Below, in pieces: positions 1-11,090 of a DNA stretch of 39,758 bases (positions are counted from its first letter, which is position 1; each line of letters starts with the position of its first letter). The DNA comes from a virus: UHGV virus genome UHGV-0465656; one strand, 5' to 3'. The notes beneath the pieces are model-generated. The model saw only the letters and a list, made by a program, of their open reading frames with translations, ran no database searches and was not told where the DNA came from. Made by a program: the position numbers and the translations under genes.

Positions 1-55
1 GCTCACCTGTCAGCGGGTCGCGGTAGATGAAGACTTTCTCCTTCTTCTCTTCTAC
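1..55. repeat. 55-bp inverted duplication: exact reverse complement of 1283..1337 (portal codons [19 protein letters not shown])
   Basis: Base-by-base comparison; identity stops at position 56 versus 1282. Confidence 0.9.
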
Positions 56-727
56 CTCGTAATACTCAGCGACGTAGACGACATCATTCGATACCCACGG
101 AAACAGCCATGTATCGTTCGGATTCTGGAAAGATGGCAAGGTATCCGGATCAATACCGTAATCCTCTGCGAACTCTTTCCAGCCATTGCGTGACAAGGCG
201 TTAATCACCGTGCAGTGCTTAGCGTCGCTCTTATCCATCTGCTTGCTGTTGGCGTCCCATATGACGTGTGAGCAGGCTTCATGGATTGGAAGGCGTCGGA
301 TTACCTGATTGTTGCTTGTTGGGTCGTTGTCTTCGTACTGCGTGACCAGACGCCATGCGCCAACGCCAGACTCTATCTGCTCACGAACGCCAACGTTAAC
401 GGCAATTTTTGCCGTGTTATGGCGCATATCAGTACGATACATCCCCATCAGCACATCGGCAGCATCAGGATTAGCTCCGTCTTTTGGTCTGAATAGAACG
501 TCGATAGGGTTCCGGCGCATCTCTGCGACCAGCTTCCTGACCACCGGGCGAACAACATCAAATTGTCCGCGATATTGCAGGGTGGTGTAGTTTGATAGCC
601 AGTCATCCCATTGCGACACTCGGCTAAAATACAGGTCATTTGTCGCCTCGGTTCTGGCTTCATCGCTCGCCATCCAGTCTGCGTCAAACTTACACAGAAT
701 GGAATTGAGTCTGTTTTCGTCGGCCAT
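1..727 (-). CDS. Portal protein, N-terminal segment (aa 1-242), inverted relative to its continuation at 1338..2764; runs off window start
   Basis: Reverse-complement translation from ATG at 727-725: [43 protein letters not shown]..., matching recalled P22 gp1 N-terminus; absent from ORF track because no stop in window. Confidence 0.85.
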   Translation of the reverse strand, partial: MADENRLNSILCKFDADWMASDEARTEATNDLYFSRVSQWDDWLSNYTTLQYRGQFDVVRPVVRKLVAEMRRNPIDVLFRPKDGANPDAADVLMGMYRTDMRHNTAKIAVNVGVREQIESGVGAWRLVTQYEDNDPTSNNQVIRRLPIHEACSHVIWDANSKQMDKSDAKHCTVINALSRNGWKEFAEDYGIDPDTLPSFQNPNDTWLFPWVSNDVVYVAEYYEVEEKKEKVFIYRDPLTGE

Positions 728-1289
728 TTAAGTTCTCCGTGCGATGGGCCTGATTGGGGCTGGTATCTTTTTCTCTTTTGGTTTTTTGATGTCGCGCATC
801 ATTTTTGCGAAGCGGCGCATCATGTATGCATAGCGAACGGCGGATAGCACGTCGTCGTTAAGCTTGACGATTTTCCCGTTTTCATCACGGTGATAGAGGC
901 GGAACTCCTCAAAGAATGGCTCACAGGTGTTGAATACTTTGAAGCGACCATCAAGCATCATGTCGCGCAATTCAGTGATTCCAGGCTCAACAGCATTACC
1001 GCCATCAGGCCATGTCGCATGATCCTGCAACATCATAAATCCAGCGTCTGCATACTGCCCTTTGAGCTGCTCACCGCCGCCCTTCTCGTGCTGGTTTCCG
1101 TCATGAGGCCATGCGGTTGGCACTTTATGCGCCCATGATTTAACAGCTCCCCATGCCTGAACAGCTGTTTTTTCTTTCGCCTTCCACACGCGTGAAACGT
1201 AGATTGTGTCTGCGTCCTTATCCCACCAAAGCTGAACCTGCGCCTGTGGGTGATCCCATCCGAAATCCATCCCGCCAATTACGTAGAAG
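728..1289 (-). CDS. Terminase large subunit, C-terminal segment (..[31 protein letters not shown].. to stop at 730-728)
   Basis: In-frame part of ORF 728..1501(-); continues the TerL N-terminal part that ends at the window end; N part 331 aa + C part 168 aa = 499 aa, the recalled length of P22 gp2. Confidence 0.85.
1235..1289. repeat. 55-bp inverted duplication: exact reverse complement of window end 39704..39758 (terL codons [17 protein letters not shown])
   Basis: Base-by-base comparison; identity stops at 1290 versus 39703. Confidence 0.9.
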
Positions 1290-2764
1290 AGAAGAAGGAG
1301 AAAGTCTTCATCTACCGCGACCCGCTGACAGGTGAGCCGGTCAGCTATTACCAGCAGGATATCAAAGACGTCATCGACGACCTGGCTAATCGTGGATTCA
1401 TTAAGGTAGCAGAGCGCAAGGTGAAGCGTCGGCGTGTGTATAAGTCGATCATCACCTGCACGCAGATACTGAAAGACCGCGAGAAGATAGCTGGAGAGCA
1501 TATCCCAATCGTTCCTGTGTACGGCGAATGGTCATTCGCTGGTGACAAGGAGTGCTACGAGGGCGTGGTAAGGCTGACGAAAGACGGTCAACGCCTTCGT
1601 AACATGATCATGTCGTTCAACGCCGATATTGTTGCTCGTTCACCGAAGAAGAAACCGACCTTCTTCCCTGAGCAAATCGAAGGCTACGAATACATGTACG
1701 GTGGAAATGATGACTATCCGTACTATCTGCAGAACAGGACCGATGAAAACGGTAACGACCTGCCGATTGGTCCAATCTCCTACATGGAAAACCCTGAAGT
1801 GCCGCAAGCCAACGCTTACATGCTTGAGGCTGCCACCAACGCAGTGAAAGAGGTGGCTAGTCTTGGTGTGGATGCGCAGGCAGCAAACGGTCAGGTCGCT
1901 TTCGATACCGTCAATCAACTGAACATGCGGGCAGACCTTGAGACATACGTGTTTCAGGATAACCTGGCTACCGCAATGCGACGTGATGGCGAGATTTATG
2001 CCTCAATGGTCAACGATATTTATGACGTTCCTCGCCATGTAACGCTGACTCTTGAAGACGGAAGCGAGAAAGACGTTCAACTCTACGCGCAAGTTGTAGA
2101 TTACCAGTCCGGCAATGTGGTCACACTCAACGACATTCGCGGTCGCTATGAGTGCTATACGGACGTTGGGCCATCCTTCCAGAGCATGAAGGAACAGAAC
2201 CGCGCAGAGATTCAGGAGTTACTTACCAAGGTTCCGCAAGGTACTCCAGAGTTCCAGATGCTGATGCTGCAATACTTCACGCTGCTTGACGGTAAAGGCG
2301 TCGAGATGATGCGAGAGTACGCGAACAAGCAACTGGTGATGATGGGGCTGAAGAAACCAGAAACACCTGAAGAGATGGAGATGGTACAACAGGCACAACA
2401 ACAGCCGCAGCAGCCATCAGCAGAGCAAATTCAGGCGCAGGGCATCCTTCTGCAAGGTCAGGCTGAATTGCTCAAGGCAGAGAACCAACAGGCGCAGATT
2501 CAGGTTGAGGCCGCCAAGGTTGAAGCCCAAAACCAACTCAACGCCGCGAAGATCGCAGAGATCTTCAACAATATGGACCTCGACAAGCAGGCAGAACTGC
2601 GTGAGTACCTCAAGCTCGTAGGTCAATTCCAGCAACAGCGCAGCAAAGATGCTCGTGCTAACGCTGAGCTGCTTCTTAAAGATGCAGACCAGACTCATTC
2701 ACAACGCATGGATTTCGCGAATCTTATGCGTCAAGTTCAAATCCCCTCCGGCGGAGTAGCCTAG
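1283..2764 (+). CDS. Portal protein, C-terminal part (P22 gp1-like); the M at 1250 in the ORF track is a junction artefact
   Basis: ORF 1250..2764: ..[47 protein letters not shown].. matches recalled P22 portal; joining 727..1 to 1338..2764 gives a 717-aa in-frame portal. Confidence 0.9.
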   Translation, partial: VEEKKEKVFIYRDPLTGEPVSYYQQDIKDVIDDLANRGFIKVAERKVKRRRVYKSIITCTQILKDREKIAGEHIPIVPVYGEWSFAGDKECYEGVVRLTKDGQRLRNMIMSFNADIVARSPKKKPTFFPEQIEGYEYMYGGNDDYPYYLQNRTDENGNDLPIGPISYMENPEVPQANAYMLEAATNAVKEVASLGVDAQAANGQVAFDTVNQLNMRADLETYVFQDNLATAMRRDGEIYASMVNDIYDVPRHVTLTLEDGSEKDVQLYAQVVDYQSGNVVTLNDIRGRYECYTDVGPSFQSMKEQNRAEIQELLTKVPQGTPEFQMLMLQYFTLLDGKGVEMMREYANKQLVMMGLKKPETPEEMEMVQQAQQQPQQPSAEQIQAQGILLQGQAELLKAENQQAQIQVEAAKVEAQNQLNAAKIAEIFNNMDLDKQAELREYLKLVGQFQQQRSKDARANAELLLKDADQTHSQRMDFANLMRQVQIPSGGVA

Positions 2765-2789
2765 ACACCTCAATAAGAGAGAGTTAACC

Positions 2790-3701
2790 ATGGACCAAAC
2801 CACCGACATTCAGGCTTCTGAAGAATTAACCCTGCCCGGCAATCATGCAGCGGCATCTGCTGATGGCTTAGTTGTCGATAATGCCAACGACAACGCAGGT
2901 CAGGAAGAAGGCTTCGAGATTGTCCTGAAAGACGATGAGAAACCAAAACAAGACCCGGCAACTAATGCTGAATTTGCCCGTCGCCGCATCGAACGCAAAC
3001 GCCAGCGTGAGCTTGAGCAGCAGATGGAAGCGGTTAAGCGTGGAGAGTTGCCGGAGCACCTGCGGGTGAACCCTGAGTTACCAAAACAACCAGACCCTAA
3101 CGATTATCTTTCCGAAGATGCACTGGCTAAGTACGACTATGACCAGAGCCGCGCACTGGCTGCCTTCCAGCAGGCAAACAGTGAATGGCAGATCAAGGCT
3201 ATGGACGCACGAAGCCAGGCTGTAGCAGAGCAGGGCCGCAAAACTCAGGAGTTCACCCAGCAATCAGCGCAATACGTCGAGGCAGCCCGTAAGCACTACG
3301 ACGCAGCGGAAAAGCTCAACATCCCTGACTATCAGGAGAAAGAGGATGCATTCATGCAACTGGTGCCGCCAGCAGTCGGTGCCGACATCATGCGCCTCTT
3401 CCCGGAGAAATCCGCTGCTCTCATGTATCACCTTGGTGCTAATCCTGAGAAAACACGCCAGTTGCTGGCGATGGACGGGCAATCCGCGCTGATTGAACTC
3501 ACTCGACTGTCAGAACGTTTAACTCTCAAGCCTCGAGCCAAGCCTGTTTCAGAAGCCCCGTTACCTGATGAACCAATTCAGGGACACGCTGTTGCTGCAA
3601 ATATCTCTGCGATTGAAAAGCAGATGGAAGCGGCAGCAAACAAAGGGGATGTAGAGACATACCGCAAGCTCAAGGCGCAACTGAATAAAGGAATTCGATA
3701 A
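2790..3701 (+). CDS. Scaffolding protein (P22 gp8-like, 303 aa)
   Basis: Position between portal and coat; length identical to P22 gp8; conserved block [42 protein letters not shown]. Confidence 0.9.
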   Translation: MDQTTDIQASEELTLPGNHAAASADGLVVDNANDNAGQEEGFEIVLKDDEKPKQDPATNAEFARRRIERKRQRELEQQMEAVKRGELPEHLRVNPELPKQPDPNDYLSEDALAKYDYDQSRALAAFQQANSEWQIKAMDARSQAVAEQGRKTQEFTQQSAQYVEAARKHYDAAEKLNIPDYQEKEDAFMQLVPPAVGADIMRLFPEKSAALMYHLGANPEKTRQLLAMDGQSALIELTRLSERLTLKPRAKPVSEAPLPDEPIQGHAVAANISAIEKQMEAAANKGDVETYRKLKAQLNKGIR

Positions 3702-4223
3702 TTATTTCGATATCGTGATGTTGTTTTCCTCGTCAAACTTTCTGATTACTTCTTTCGCCTCTTCGAATGAAGAACATACTTTTTGCACTCTTGCATTAAG
3801 CAGTCGCTTATGAGCGATCCATCTTTTCCGCGTGTTGCAAAAGTAAACTCCAGATATTCCGCTGGAGTTATTTTTAGATAGTTTGATTCTATTCCTTTGG
3901 TTTGCTGATTTTTTCACAAGACGAAGATTTTCAATTCTGTTGTCGTGGCGAATCCCATTTATATGGTCAATTTCCATGCCTTCTGGAATATCTCCGTTAA
4001 ACATTACCCATACGATGCGGTGTGCTAGCCACTTAATGCCGTTAATTCTTATGCGGATATATCCATTGCTTTCTAAAAGACCAGCAACTTTCCCAGCGTG
4101 TTTTGCATTCCAAACGTTGTGATAGTTGCGATTCTTTTTGTTGTTGAAAAATTCAGAGCTTCTGGCTTTCCAAACCAAAGAACCATCGCGGTATTCGAAG
4201 TATTCATTCAGTTCCATGCTCAT
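3702..4223 (-). CDS. HNH homing endonuclease with AP2-like DNA-binding domain
   Basis: Motif EIDHINGIRHDNRIENLRLV (HNH) plus SGISGVYFCNTRKRWIAH (AP2-like); opposite strand to flanking scaffold/coat genes; visibly AT-rich. Confidence 0.8.
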   Translation of the reverse strand: MSMELNEYFEYRDGSLVWKARSSEFFNNKKNRNYHNVWNAKHAGKVAGLLESNGYIRIRINGIKWLAHRIVWVMFNGDIPEGMEIDHINGIRHDNRIENLRLVKKSANQRNRIKLSKNNSSGISGVYFCNTRKRWIAHKRLLNARVQKVCSSFEEAKEVIRKFDEENNITISK

Positions 4224-4290
4224 AACCCTAATGCGCTATATGTTGATATAACAATAGTATAGCACATAAAGAAAGTAAGGTATTCAATAT

Positions 4291-5586
4291 ATGACTCTCA
4301 AAGAAGGGCAGTTAGTTACTTACGCTATCGATGAAATCATCGAAACCGTCCAGAACCTGACGCCAATGGCGTCCAAAGTGACAAAATACACCCCTCCGGC
4401 AGAATCCATGCAGCGTTCAAGCAACACCGTGTGGATGCCTGTTGAGCAGGAAGCGCCAACGCAGACTGGCTGGGATTTAACTGGCAACGCAACTGGGATT
4501 CTGGAGCTGTCCGTGAAATGCAACATGGGCGATCCGGATAACGATTTCTTCGAGCTTCGTGCAGATGACCTGCGTGATGAGCGTTCTTACCGTCGCCGCA
4601 TCCAGGCATCCGCCAAAAAACTGGCGAATAACATTGAGTCAGCAATTGCCAAACAGGCAACTGAAATGGGCTCGCTTGTTGTTCACGATACCCGCGCAAT
4701 TGGTCCATCTACTGGCCTGTCTGGCTGGGATTTTGTGTCTGATGCAGAGCGCCTGATGTTCTCCCGTGAGCTAAACCGCGATATGGGCATCAGTTACTTC
4801 CTGAACCCTGACGATTACCGTAAAGCAGGCCGCAACCTGGTAGATGGTGACATCTTTGGGCGCGTTCCTGAAGAAGCGTATCGCAACGGTACTATTCAGC
4901 GTCAGATTGCTGGCTTTGATGAAATTCTTCGCTCACCGAAACTTCCGGCAGTTACCAAGTCAACCGCTACTGGTGTAACTGTTTCTGGTGCGCAGAAGTT
5001 TAAGCCGCAGGCATACACCCTTGATACCGATGGTAACAAAGAGAACGTCGACAACCGTGTTGCAACGGTGACCGTATCCTCCACCACCGGATTTAAGCGC
5101 GGCGACAAAATCAGTTTCACCGGTGTGAAATTCCTGTCTCAGATGGCGAAGAACGTGCTAACTGATGATGCGACTTTCTCAATCACCCGTGTGATCGATG
5201 GTACTCACATCGAAATCACGCCGAAACCGATTGCACTGGATGACGCGTCACTGACAAAAGAAGAGAAGGCTTACGCTAACGTAAACACCTCTCTTGCTGA
5301 TACCACTCCGGTAAACGTTCTGAACGTGGCAACAACCACCGCTAACGTGTTCTGGGCTGATGACTCAATCCGCCTGCTGTCTCAGCCGATTCCGGTAACC
5401 CATGAACTGTTTGCTGGCATGAAAACGTCTTCCTTCAGCATTCCAGGCATTGGTGTTAACGGCATCTTCGCAACGCAGGGTGATATCAACACTCTGTCTG
5501 GTAAGTGCCGTATTGCTGTGTGGTATTCAGCATGTGCTGTACGACCAGAGGCAATTGGTGTTGGTCTGCCTAACCAGACTGCGTGA
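4291..5586 (+). CDS. Major coat protein (P22 gp5-like, 431 aa)
   Basis: Near-colinear with recalled P22 coat: ..[64 protein letters not shown]. Confidence 0.92.
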   Translation: MTLKEGQLVTYAIDEIIETVQNLTPMASKVTKYTPPAESMQRSSNTVWMPVEQEAPTQTGWDLTGNATGILELSVKCNMGDPDNDFFELRADDLRDERSYRRRIQASAKKLANNIESAIAKQATEMGSLVVHDTRAIGPSTGLSGWDFVSDAERLMFSRELNRDMGISYFLNPDDYRKAGRNLVDGDIFGRVPEEAYRNGTIQRQIAGFDEILRSPKLPAVTKSTATGVTVSGAQKFKPQAYTLDTDGNKENVDNRVATVTVSSTTGFKRGDKISFTGVKFLSQMAKNVLTDDATFSITRVIDGTHIEITPKPIALDDASLTKEEKAYANVNTSLADTTPVNVLNVATTTANVFWADDSIRLLSQPIPVTHELFAGMKTSSFSIPGIGVNGIFATQGDINTLSGKCRIAVWYSACAVRPEAIGVGLPNQTA

Positions 5587-5592
5587 TAACCA

Positions 5593-5617
5593 GAGGGAGC
5601 TTCGGCTCCCTTTTTTA
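5593..5617 (+). terminator. Rho-independent terminator after coat gene (GGGAGC-TTCG-GCTCCC + T6)
   Basis: Perfect 6-bp stem with TTCG tetraloop followed by TTTTTTA. Confidence 0.8.
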
Positions 5618-5630
5618 TCTGGAGACAAGC

Positions 5631-5855
5631 ATGACACACATGATCTTTCGTCATGGCGACATGAAGAAGTGGAAAGGCGTTAGCTACGACTTTGAAATCG
5701 TGAAAGCCGAAGAGCTTCAGGAATATCTGGATGCTGGCTGGTTTTCACATCCTGATGACCTTTTGAAGGATGTTGCAGAGCCAGAAGAAAAACAGCGTAA
5801 AAAGCCCGGTCGAAAACCTAAGGCGGCAGCAGATGAACCTGACAACGAAGGGTGA
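5631..5855 (+). CDS. Small hypothetical protein (74 aa, charged C-terminus)
   Basis: ATG at 5631 preceded by GGAGA; in-frame part of ORF 5583..5855; overlaps gp4 start by 23 nt. Confidence 0.4.
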   Translation: MTHMIFRHGDMKKWKGVSYDFEIVKAEELQEYLDAGWFSHPDDLLKDVAEPEEKQRKKPGRKPKAAADEPDNEG

Positions 5856-6333
5856 TTTAGTTCTTGCGGCATTACGTAAGCTCGGTGTGGCATCAAATGC
5901 CACGTTAACCGATGTCGAACCGCAGTCTATGGAAGATGGCGTCAACGACCTTGAAATGATGATGGCTGAATGGCTTGGCGGTGATGCGTCACCAGGTATC
6001 AACGTTGGCTACATTTTCGCTGATGCAGATGTCGCTCCAGATCCTGGCGATGAACACGGTTTATCAAATAACGCTATCAATGCCGTCATTTTCAACCTTG
6101 CCTGCCGCATTGCTCCGGATTATGCGCTGGAAGCGTCAGCAAAACTTATAACCACTGCCAGATACGGGAAAGAGCGACTCGTCAAACTGTCTGCAATGGA
6201 CAGAGCAAAAGCCGCTAAATGTAAGTCCGGTTATCCAAACCGTATGCCTGTTGGCAGTGGAAACCAGTTGGCGAAGTGGAACGGTTGGAATTACTTCCAC
6301 CGAAAGGAACCTTGCGATAATGGGAGCGAATAA
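5833..6333 (+). CDS. Head completion / tail accessory protein gp4-like
   Basis: From ATG 5833: [33 protein letters not shown].., matching recalled P22 gp4 N-terminus; gene order. Confidence 0.8.
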   Translation: MNLTTKGDLVLAALRKLGVASNATLTDVEPQSMEDGVNDLEMMMAEWLGGDASPGINVGYIFADADVAPDPGDEHGLSNNAINAVIFNLACRIAPDYALEASAKLITTARYGKERLVKLSAMDRAKAAKCKSGYPNRMPVGSGNQLAKWNGWNYFHRKEPCDNGSE

Positions 6334-7751
6334 TGCCGATTCAGCAACTTCCGCTTATGAAAGGTGTCGGCAAAGACTTTAGAAACGCTGACTATATCGA
6401 CTATCTGCCAGTGAATATGTTGGCTACACCCAAAGAAATCCTCAACAGCAGCGGATATCTTCGCTCATTCCCGGGCATTGCCAAACGTTCTGATGTGAAC
6501 GGCGTATCGCGAGGCGTCGAGTACAACATGGCGCAGAATGCTGTTTATCGCGTGTGTGGTGGCAAGCTGTATAAGGGCGAAAGCGAGGTTGGTGATGTTG
6601 CCGGAAGTGGTCGCGTATCAATGGCGCATGGTCGAACATCACAGGCGGTAGGCGTTAATGGTCAACTGGTCGAGTATCGCTATGATGGCACGGTTAAAAC
6701 CGTCTCAAACTGGCCTACAGACAGCGGATTCACACAGTACGAGTTAGGTTCAGTTCGCGACATTACGCGCTTACGTGGGCGTTATGCGTGGTCAAAAGAC
6801 GGAAATGATTCATGGTTTATCACTGACCTTGAAGACGAATCGCATCCTGACCGATACAGCGCACAATATCGTGCAGAGTCGCAGCCTGACGGCATCATCG
6901 GTATCGGCACATGGCGAGACTTCATCGTCTGCTTTGGTTCATCGACGATTGAATATTTCTCCCTGACTGGCGCAACCACCGTTGGTGCTGCTTTGTATGT
7001 CGCACAGCCATCACTAATGGTGCAAAAAGGCATCGCCGGAACTTACTGCAAAACGCCGTTTGCTGATTCCTATGCGTTTATCAGCAATCCGGCAACAGGT
7101 GCTCCGTCTGTGTATATCATCGGCTCCGGTCAGGTATCACCAATAGCCAGCGCGAGCATTGAGAAAATTCTCCGCTCCTACACTGCTGATGAACTGGCTG
7201 ATGGTGTGATGGAGTCTCTGCGATTTGATGCGCATGAGCTGCTGATTATCCATCTTCCGCGCCATGTTCTCGTGTACGACGCATCTTCAAGCGCCAATGG
7301 TCCGCAATGGTGTGTGCTGAAAACAGGCCTGTATGACGATGTGTACCGCGCTATCGACTTCATTTACGAAGGCAATCAGATAACGTGTGGCGATAAGCTG
7401 GAATCGGTTATCGGCAAATTGCAGTTCGATATCAGCAGCCAGTACGACAAGCAACAGGAACACCTGTTGTTTACTCCGTTGTTCAAAGCGGATAACGCAA
7501 GAGTGTTCGACCTTGAGGTTGAATCTTCAACTGGCGTTGCGCAGTACGCTGACCGCCTGTTCCTCTCTGCAACCACTGACGGAATCAATTACGGACGTGA
7601 GCAGATGATTGAACAGAATGAACCGTTCGTTTACGACAAACGTGTTTTGTGGAAGCGAGTCGGGCGCATCAGGAAAAATGTCGGCTTCAAATTGCGCGTT
7701 ATCACGAAGTCACCTGTCACTCTGTCTGGCGCTCAGATAAGGATTGAGTAA
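6333..7751 (+). CDS. Tail hub / head completion protein gp10-like (472 aa)
   Basis: Same length as P22 gp10; position after gp4; start overlaps gp4 stop. Confidence 0.8.
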   Translation: MPIQQLPLMKGVGKDFRNADYIDYLPVNMLATPKEILNSSGYLRSFPGIAKRSDVNGVSRGVEYNMAQNAVYRVCGGKLYKGESEVGDVAGSGRVSMAHGRTSQAVGVNGQLVEYRYDGTVKTVSNWPTDSGFTQYELGSVRDITRLRGRYAWSKDGNDSWFITDLEDESHPDRYSAQYRAESQPDGIIGIGTWRDFIVCFGSSTIEYFSLTGATTVGAALYVAQPSLMVQKGIAGTYCKTPFADSYAFISNPATGAPSVYIIGSGQVSPIASASIEKILRSYTADELADGVMESLRFDAHELLIIHLPRHVLVYDASSSANGPQWCVLKTGLYDDVYRAIDFIYEGNQITCGDKLESVIGKLQFDISSQYDKQQEHLLFTPLFKADNARVFDLEVESSTGVAQYADRLFLSATTDGINYGREQMIEQNEPFVYDKRVLWKRVGRIRKNVGFKLRVITKSPVTLSGAQIRIE

Positions 7752-8599
7752 TGGCGGATTCGAATCTCAATGTGCCGGTAATCATTCAGGCTACACGGCT
7801 CGACACATCAGTCCTTCCACGCAATATCTTCTCGCAGTCGTATCTGCTTTACGTTATCGCACAGGGCACTGATGTTGGTAACGTGGCTAACAAGGCCAAC
7901 GAGGCCGGACAGGGCGCTTATGATGCACAAGTCAGGAACGATGAGCAGGATGTGATTCTCGCTGACCATGAGCAGCGAATTTCTGCTGCAGAAGCAACGC
8001 TTGTTAATCATGAGGAGCGAATCAGCCAGGCAGAATCAACTCTTCAGGAACATGAAACACGAATCACTCAGAATGAAAGCGATATTGCGTCGCTTGATAC
8101 CAGAGTTCAGTCGCTGGAGTCGCAGGTTTCAGACCATGAAACGCGCATTGATGCTCTGGAGTATGCAACCACACGCAAGAAGTCAGAGGTTGTTTACTCT
8201 GGCGTATCAGTAACCATCCCGACAGCGCCGACCAACCTTGTTAGCCTGCTGAAAACGCTCACGCCGTCATCCGGGACGTTGGCACCATTCTTCGACACTG
8301 TTAACAACAAGATGGTTGTGTTCAACGAGAACAAAACCTTGTTCTTCAAGTTGTCGATTGTCGGGACGTGGCCCAGTGAAACCGCCAACAGGTCAATGCA
8401 ACTAACATTTTCCGGTTCTGTTCCTGACACACTGGTAAGCAGTCGCAACTCGGCGACAACAACCGATAACATCTTGTTAGCTACGTTCTTCAGCGTGGAT
8501 AAAGACGGCTTTCTTGCCACAAATGGCAGCACGTTAACCATTCAGTCAAATGGTGCGGCGTTTACTGCCACAACCATCAAGATAATCGCGGAGCAGTAA
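7751..8599 (+). CDS. Tail needle protein (gp26-like N-terminus, heptad coiled coil, C-terminal knob-type extension)
   Basis: N-terminus [43 protein letters not shown] matches recalled P22 gp26; repeated HE.RI heptads; 282 aa versus 233 in P22. Confidence 0.85.
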   Translation: MADSNLNVPVIIQATRLDTSVLPRNIFSQSYLLYVIAQGTDVGNVANKANEAGQGAYDAQVRNDEQDVILADHEQRISAAEATLVNHEERISQAESTLQEHETRITQNESDIASLDTRVQSLESQVSDHETRIDALEYATTRKKSEVVYSGVSVTIPTAPTNLVSLLKTLTPSSGTLAPFFDTVNNKMVVFNENKTLFFKLSIVGTWPSETANRSMQLTFSGSVPDTLVSSRNSATTTDNILLATFFSVDKDGFLATNGSTLTIQSNGAAFTATTIKIIAEQ

Positions 8600-9054
8600 T
8601 GATTCAGTTCAAACCAACGCGAAACATCGACCTGATCGAAGCAGTCGGAAATCACCCTGACATTATTGCCGGGAGCAACAACGGTGATGGATACGACTAC
8701 AAACCTGATTGCCGTTACTTTGAGGTGAACGTGCACGGGCAGTTCGGCGGCATTGTTTACTATCAGGAGATTCAGCCGCTTACATTCGATTGCCACGCCA
8801 TGTACCTGCCAGAGATTCGCGGATTCAGCAAGGAAATCGGGCTGGCGTTCTGGCGATACATTCTGACTAACACCACCGTTCAGTGCGTCACATCGTTCGC
8901 TGCACGCAAATTCCGCCACGGGCAGATGTACTGCGCAATGATTGGCCTTAAGCGTGTAGGAACCATCAAGAAATACTTCAAAGGCGTGGATGACGTGACG
9001 TTTTACAGCGCCACACGCGAAGAACTAATCGACTTCCTGAATCACGGGAGATAG
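8599..9054 (+). CDS. gp14-like head-associated protein
   Basis: Position between tail needle and ejection proteins as in P22; 151 aa; assignment by synteny only. Confidence 0.5.
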   Translation: MIQFKPTRNIDLIEAVGNHPDIIAGSNNGDGYDYKPDCRYFEVNVHGQFGGIVYYQEIQPLTFDCHAMYLPEIRGFSKEIGLAFWRYILTNTTVQCVTSFAARKFRHGQMYCAMIGLKRVGTIKKYFKGVDDVTFYSATREELIDFLNHGR

Positions 9055-9056
9055 CC

Positions 9057-9749
9057 ATGTTATATGCATTTAAGCTGGGCAGAAAACTGCGCGGCGAGGA
9101 ACCTTATTGCCCTGAAAAGGGTGGGAAAGGTGGCAGTTCTGATAAAAGCGCAAAGTATGCCGCAGAAGCTCAGAAGTATGCAGCAGACCTGCAAAATCAG
9201 CAGTGGCAGACGATCATGAAAAACCTTGCTCCGTTCACGCCTCTTGCGGAGCAGTATGTTAACCAGTTGCAGAATCTTTCCAGTTTAGAAGGTCAGGGGC
9301 AGGCACTTAATCAGTATTACAACTCTCAGCAGTATAAAGACCTTGCAGGTCAGGCGCGTTACCAGAGTCTTGCTGCTGCGGAGGCGACGGGTGGACTTGG
9401 TTCGACAGCCACAAGCAATCAACTGGCTACGATCGCGCCGACACTCGGTCAGTCTTGGTTATCAAACCAGATGAGCAATTACAACAATCTGGCAAACGTT
9501 GGGCTTGGTGCGCTGCAAGGTCAGGCAAACGCCGGGCAGACGTACGCCAACAACATGAGCAGCATTGCACAGCAAAGCGCAGCACTTGCCGCTGCTAATG
9601 CCAATAAACCATCAAGTCTTCAGACTGCAATTAGCGGTGGCACGTCTGGTGCGATTGCCGGTGCAGGTCTTGCCAGCCTTTTGGGAACATCAACGCCTTG
9701 GGGCGCTGGCATTGGTGCTGGTATCGGATTGCTTGGCTCGTTGTTTTAA
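9057..9749 (+). CDS. Ejection (internal virion) protein gp7-like
   Basis: N-terminus MLYAFKLGRKLRGEEPYCPEKGGKGGSS resembles recalled P22 gp7; 230 aa; Gly/Ala-rich C-terminus. Confidence 0.7.
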   Translation: MLYAFKLGRKLRGEEPYCPEKGGKGGSSDKSAKYAAEAQKYAADLQNQQWQTIMKNLAPFTPLAEQYVNQLQNLSSLEGQGQALNQYYNSQQYKDLAGQARYQSLAAAEATGGLGSTATSNQLATIAPTLGQSWLSNQMSNYNNLANVGLGALQGQANAGQTYANNMSSIAQQSAALAAANANKPSSLQTAISGGTSGAIAGAGLASLLGTSTPWGAGIGAGIGLLGSLF

Positions 9750-9758
9750 GGGGTAATC

Positions 9759-11090
9759 ATGGCTACTTGGCAAGGAACAAACGGCGGATTGTTGGCTGGT
9801 ATCGGCGGCGTCAACTCAAACGCTCCGAGCGTAAATGACATCGGCAATACGCTTCAGCTTATCAGGCAGAACAATGATATTGAGCGTTCAGGCGCTAACA
9901 ATGTTGGGCTGACTGCTTTGCAAGGCCTTTCAGGTATTGCGGGGGTGTTTCAGCAGGAAAAGCAGGCTCAGCGGCAGAAAGAATTTCAGCAGGCATACGC
10001 TAATGCTTATGCGTCTGGTGATCGCGGTGCTTTGCGTCAGTTGGCTACTCAATATCCAGAACAGATTGAATCCGTTCGTAAAGGCATGGGATTCATTGAT
10101 GAAGATCAGCGTAATTCTATCGGCACCTTAGCGGCTGGCGCACGCCTTGCGTCATCGTCTCCAGAAGCAATGCAATCATGGCTGCAAAACAACGCCGGTG
10201 AGTTAGCTCGTGTTGGCGTTAATCCTCAGGACGTCGCTCAGATGTACCAACAGAACCCGCGGCAGTTCGGCGAATTTGTCGATCACCTGGGGATGAACAG
10301 TCTCGGACCCGAAAAATACTTTGACCTACAGGATAAAATGCAGGGTCGCCAGGTTACCATGCGCGGTCAGGATCTGGATTCGCAAACCGCCGCTCGGAAT
10401 CAGGCAATCACAATGCGCGGGCAAGATATCCAGGCGAATTTAGGTCAGCAGCGCATTAATCTGGACGCAGAAACAAACCGCATTAACAACGAAAATAAGC
10501 GCCTTGACCGGATGCTATCAGCAGAAACTAACGACCTGAAGCGCCAGGAAATACAGAGCCGCATAGCAGCCAACAACCAGCAGTTGCAGCAGAAGCAGCA
10601 AGCGCTAAATGATGGCTACAAAGACGGCATCAACACCCTCACAACCAGCATGTTCACTCTGAACGATATCGTTAGTTCTCCTTCACTTAAGAGCATTACA
10701 GGCTTACGTGGAGTAATCCCCAACGTTCCAGGCTCACAGGCTGCAGACACTCAGGCACGACTTGATACCTTTAAATCCCAAGCATACCTGACAGCGGTTC
10801 AGGCCATGCGAGGCATGGGCGCACTTTCTGATGCCGAGGGCAAAAAGCTCGACCAGGCTGTTGGTTCGCTGCAGAACTCGCAGAGCGAGGAGTCCTTTCG
10901 TCGCAACGCTGGCGTCATCCTGAACACGCTCAACCAGAAGCGTAATGAGGCGGTTGGTAAGTACGTTCAGCAAAACGGTATCAAGCGAGTGGAAGCTCCT
11001 CAGGCTTCTATAGATTACCTGAAGCAGCACCCCGAGCTGTCAATCGACTTCATTAATCGCTACGGATATCTTCCATCTTTGGGGCAGTAA
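9759..11090 (+). CDS. Ejection protein gp20-like
   Basis: Synteny (second of three ejection-protein genes); Q-rich coiled-coil composition. Confidence 0.65.
   Translation: MATWQGTNGGLLAGIGGVNSNAPSVNDIGNTLQLIRQNNDIERSGANNVGLTALQGLSGIAGVFQQEKQAQRQKEFQQAYANAYASGDRGALRQLATQYPEQIESVRKGMGFIDEDQRNSIGTLAAGARLASSSPEAMQSWLQNNAGELARVGVNPQDVAQMYQQNPRQFGEFVDHLGMNSLGPEKYFDLQDKMQGRQVTMRGQDLDSQTAARNQAITMRGQDIQANLGQQRINLDAETNRINNENKRLDRMLSAETNDLKRQEIQSRIAANNQQLQQKQQALNDGYKDGINTLTTSMFTLNDIVSSPSLKSITGLRGVIPNVPGSQAADTQARLDTFKSQAYLTAVQAMRGMGALSDAEGKKLDQAVGSLQNSQSEESFRRNAGVILNTLNQKRNEAVGKYVQQNGIKRVEAPQASIDYLKQHPELSIDFINRYGYLPSLGQ

Noticed and set aside
1250-1282. ATG start and first 11 codons ([11 protein letters not shown]) of ORF-track entry 1250..2764
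   Set aside because: These codons are the reverse complement of terL sequence read in the portal frame; the same peptide starts the antisense ORF 39438..39743. They are a by-product of the inversion junction, not a real portal start.
1-1289. Invertase-driven invertible segment (Gin/Hin-type switch)
   Set aside because: No serine invertase gene or recombination-site inverted repeats are present, and inversion disrupts two essential genes; the exact 55-bp overlaps point to an assembly or chimeric artefact.
8194-8919. Minus-strand ORFs (115 and 125 aa) opposite tail needle and gp14-like genes
   Set aside because: Antisense shadow ORFs inside well-supported late genes; many similar track entries were rejected for the same reason, e.g. 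11112..11465, 11853..12158, 4337..4708 and 9565..9756.
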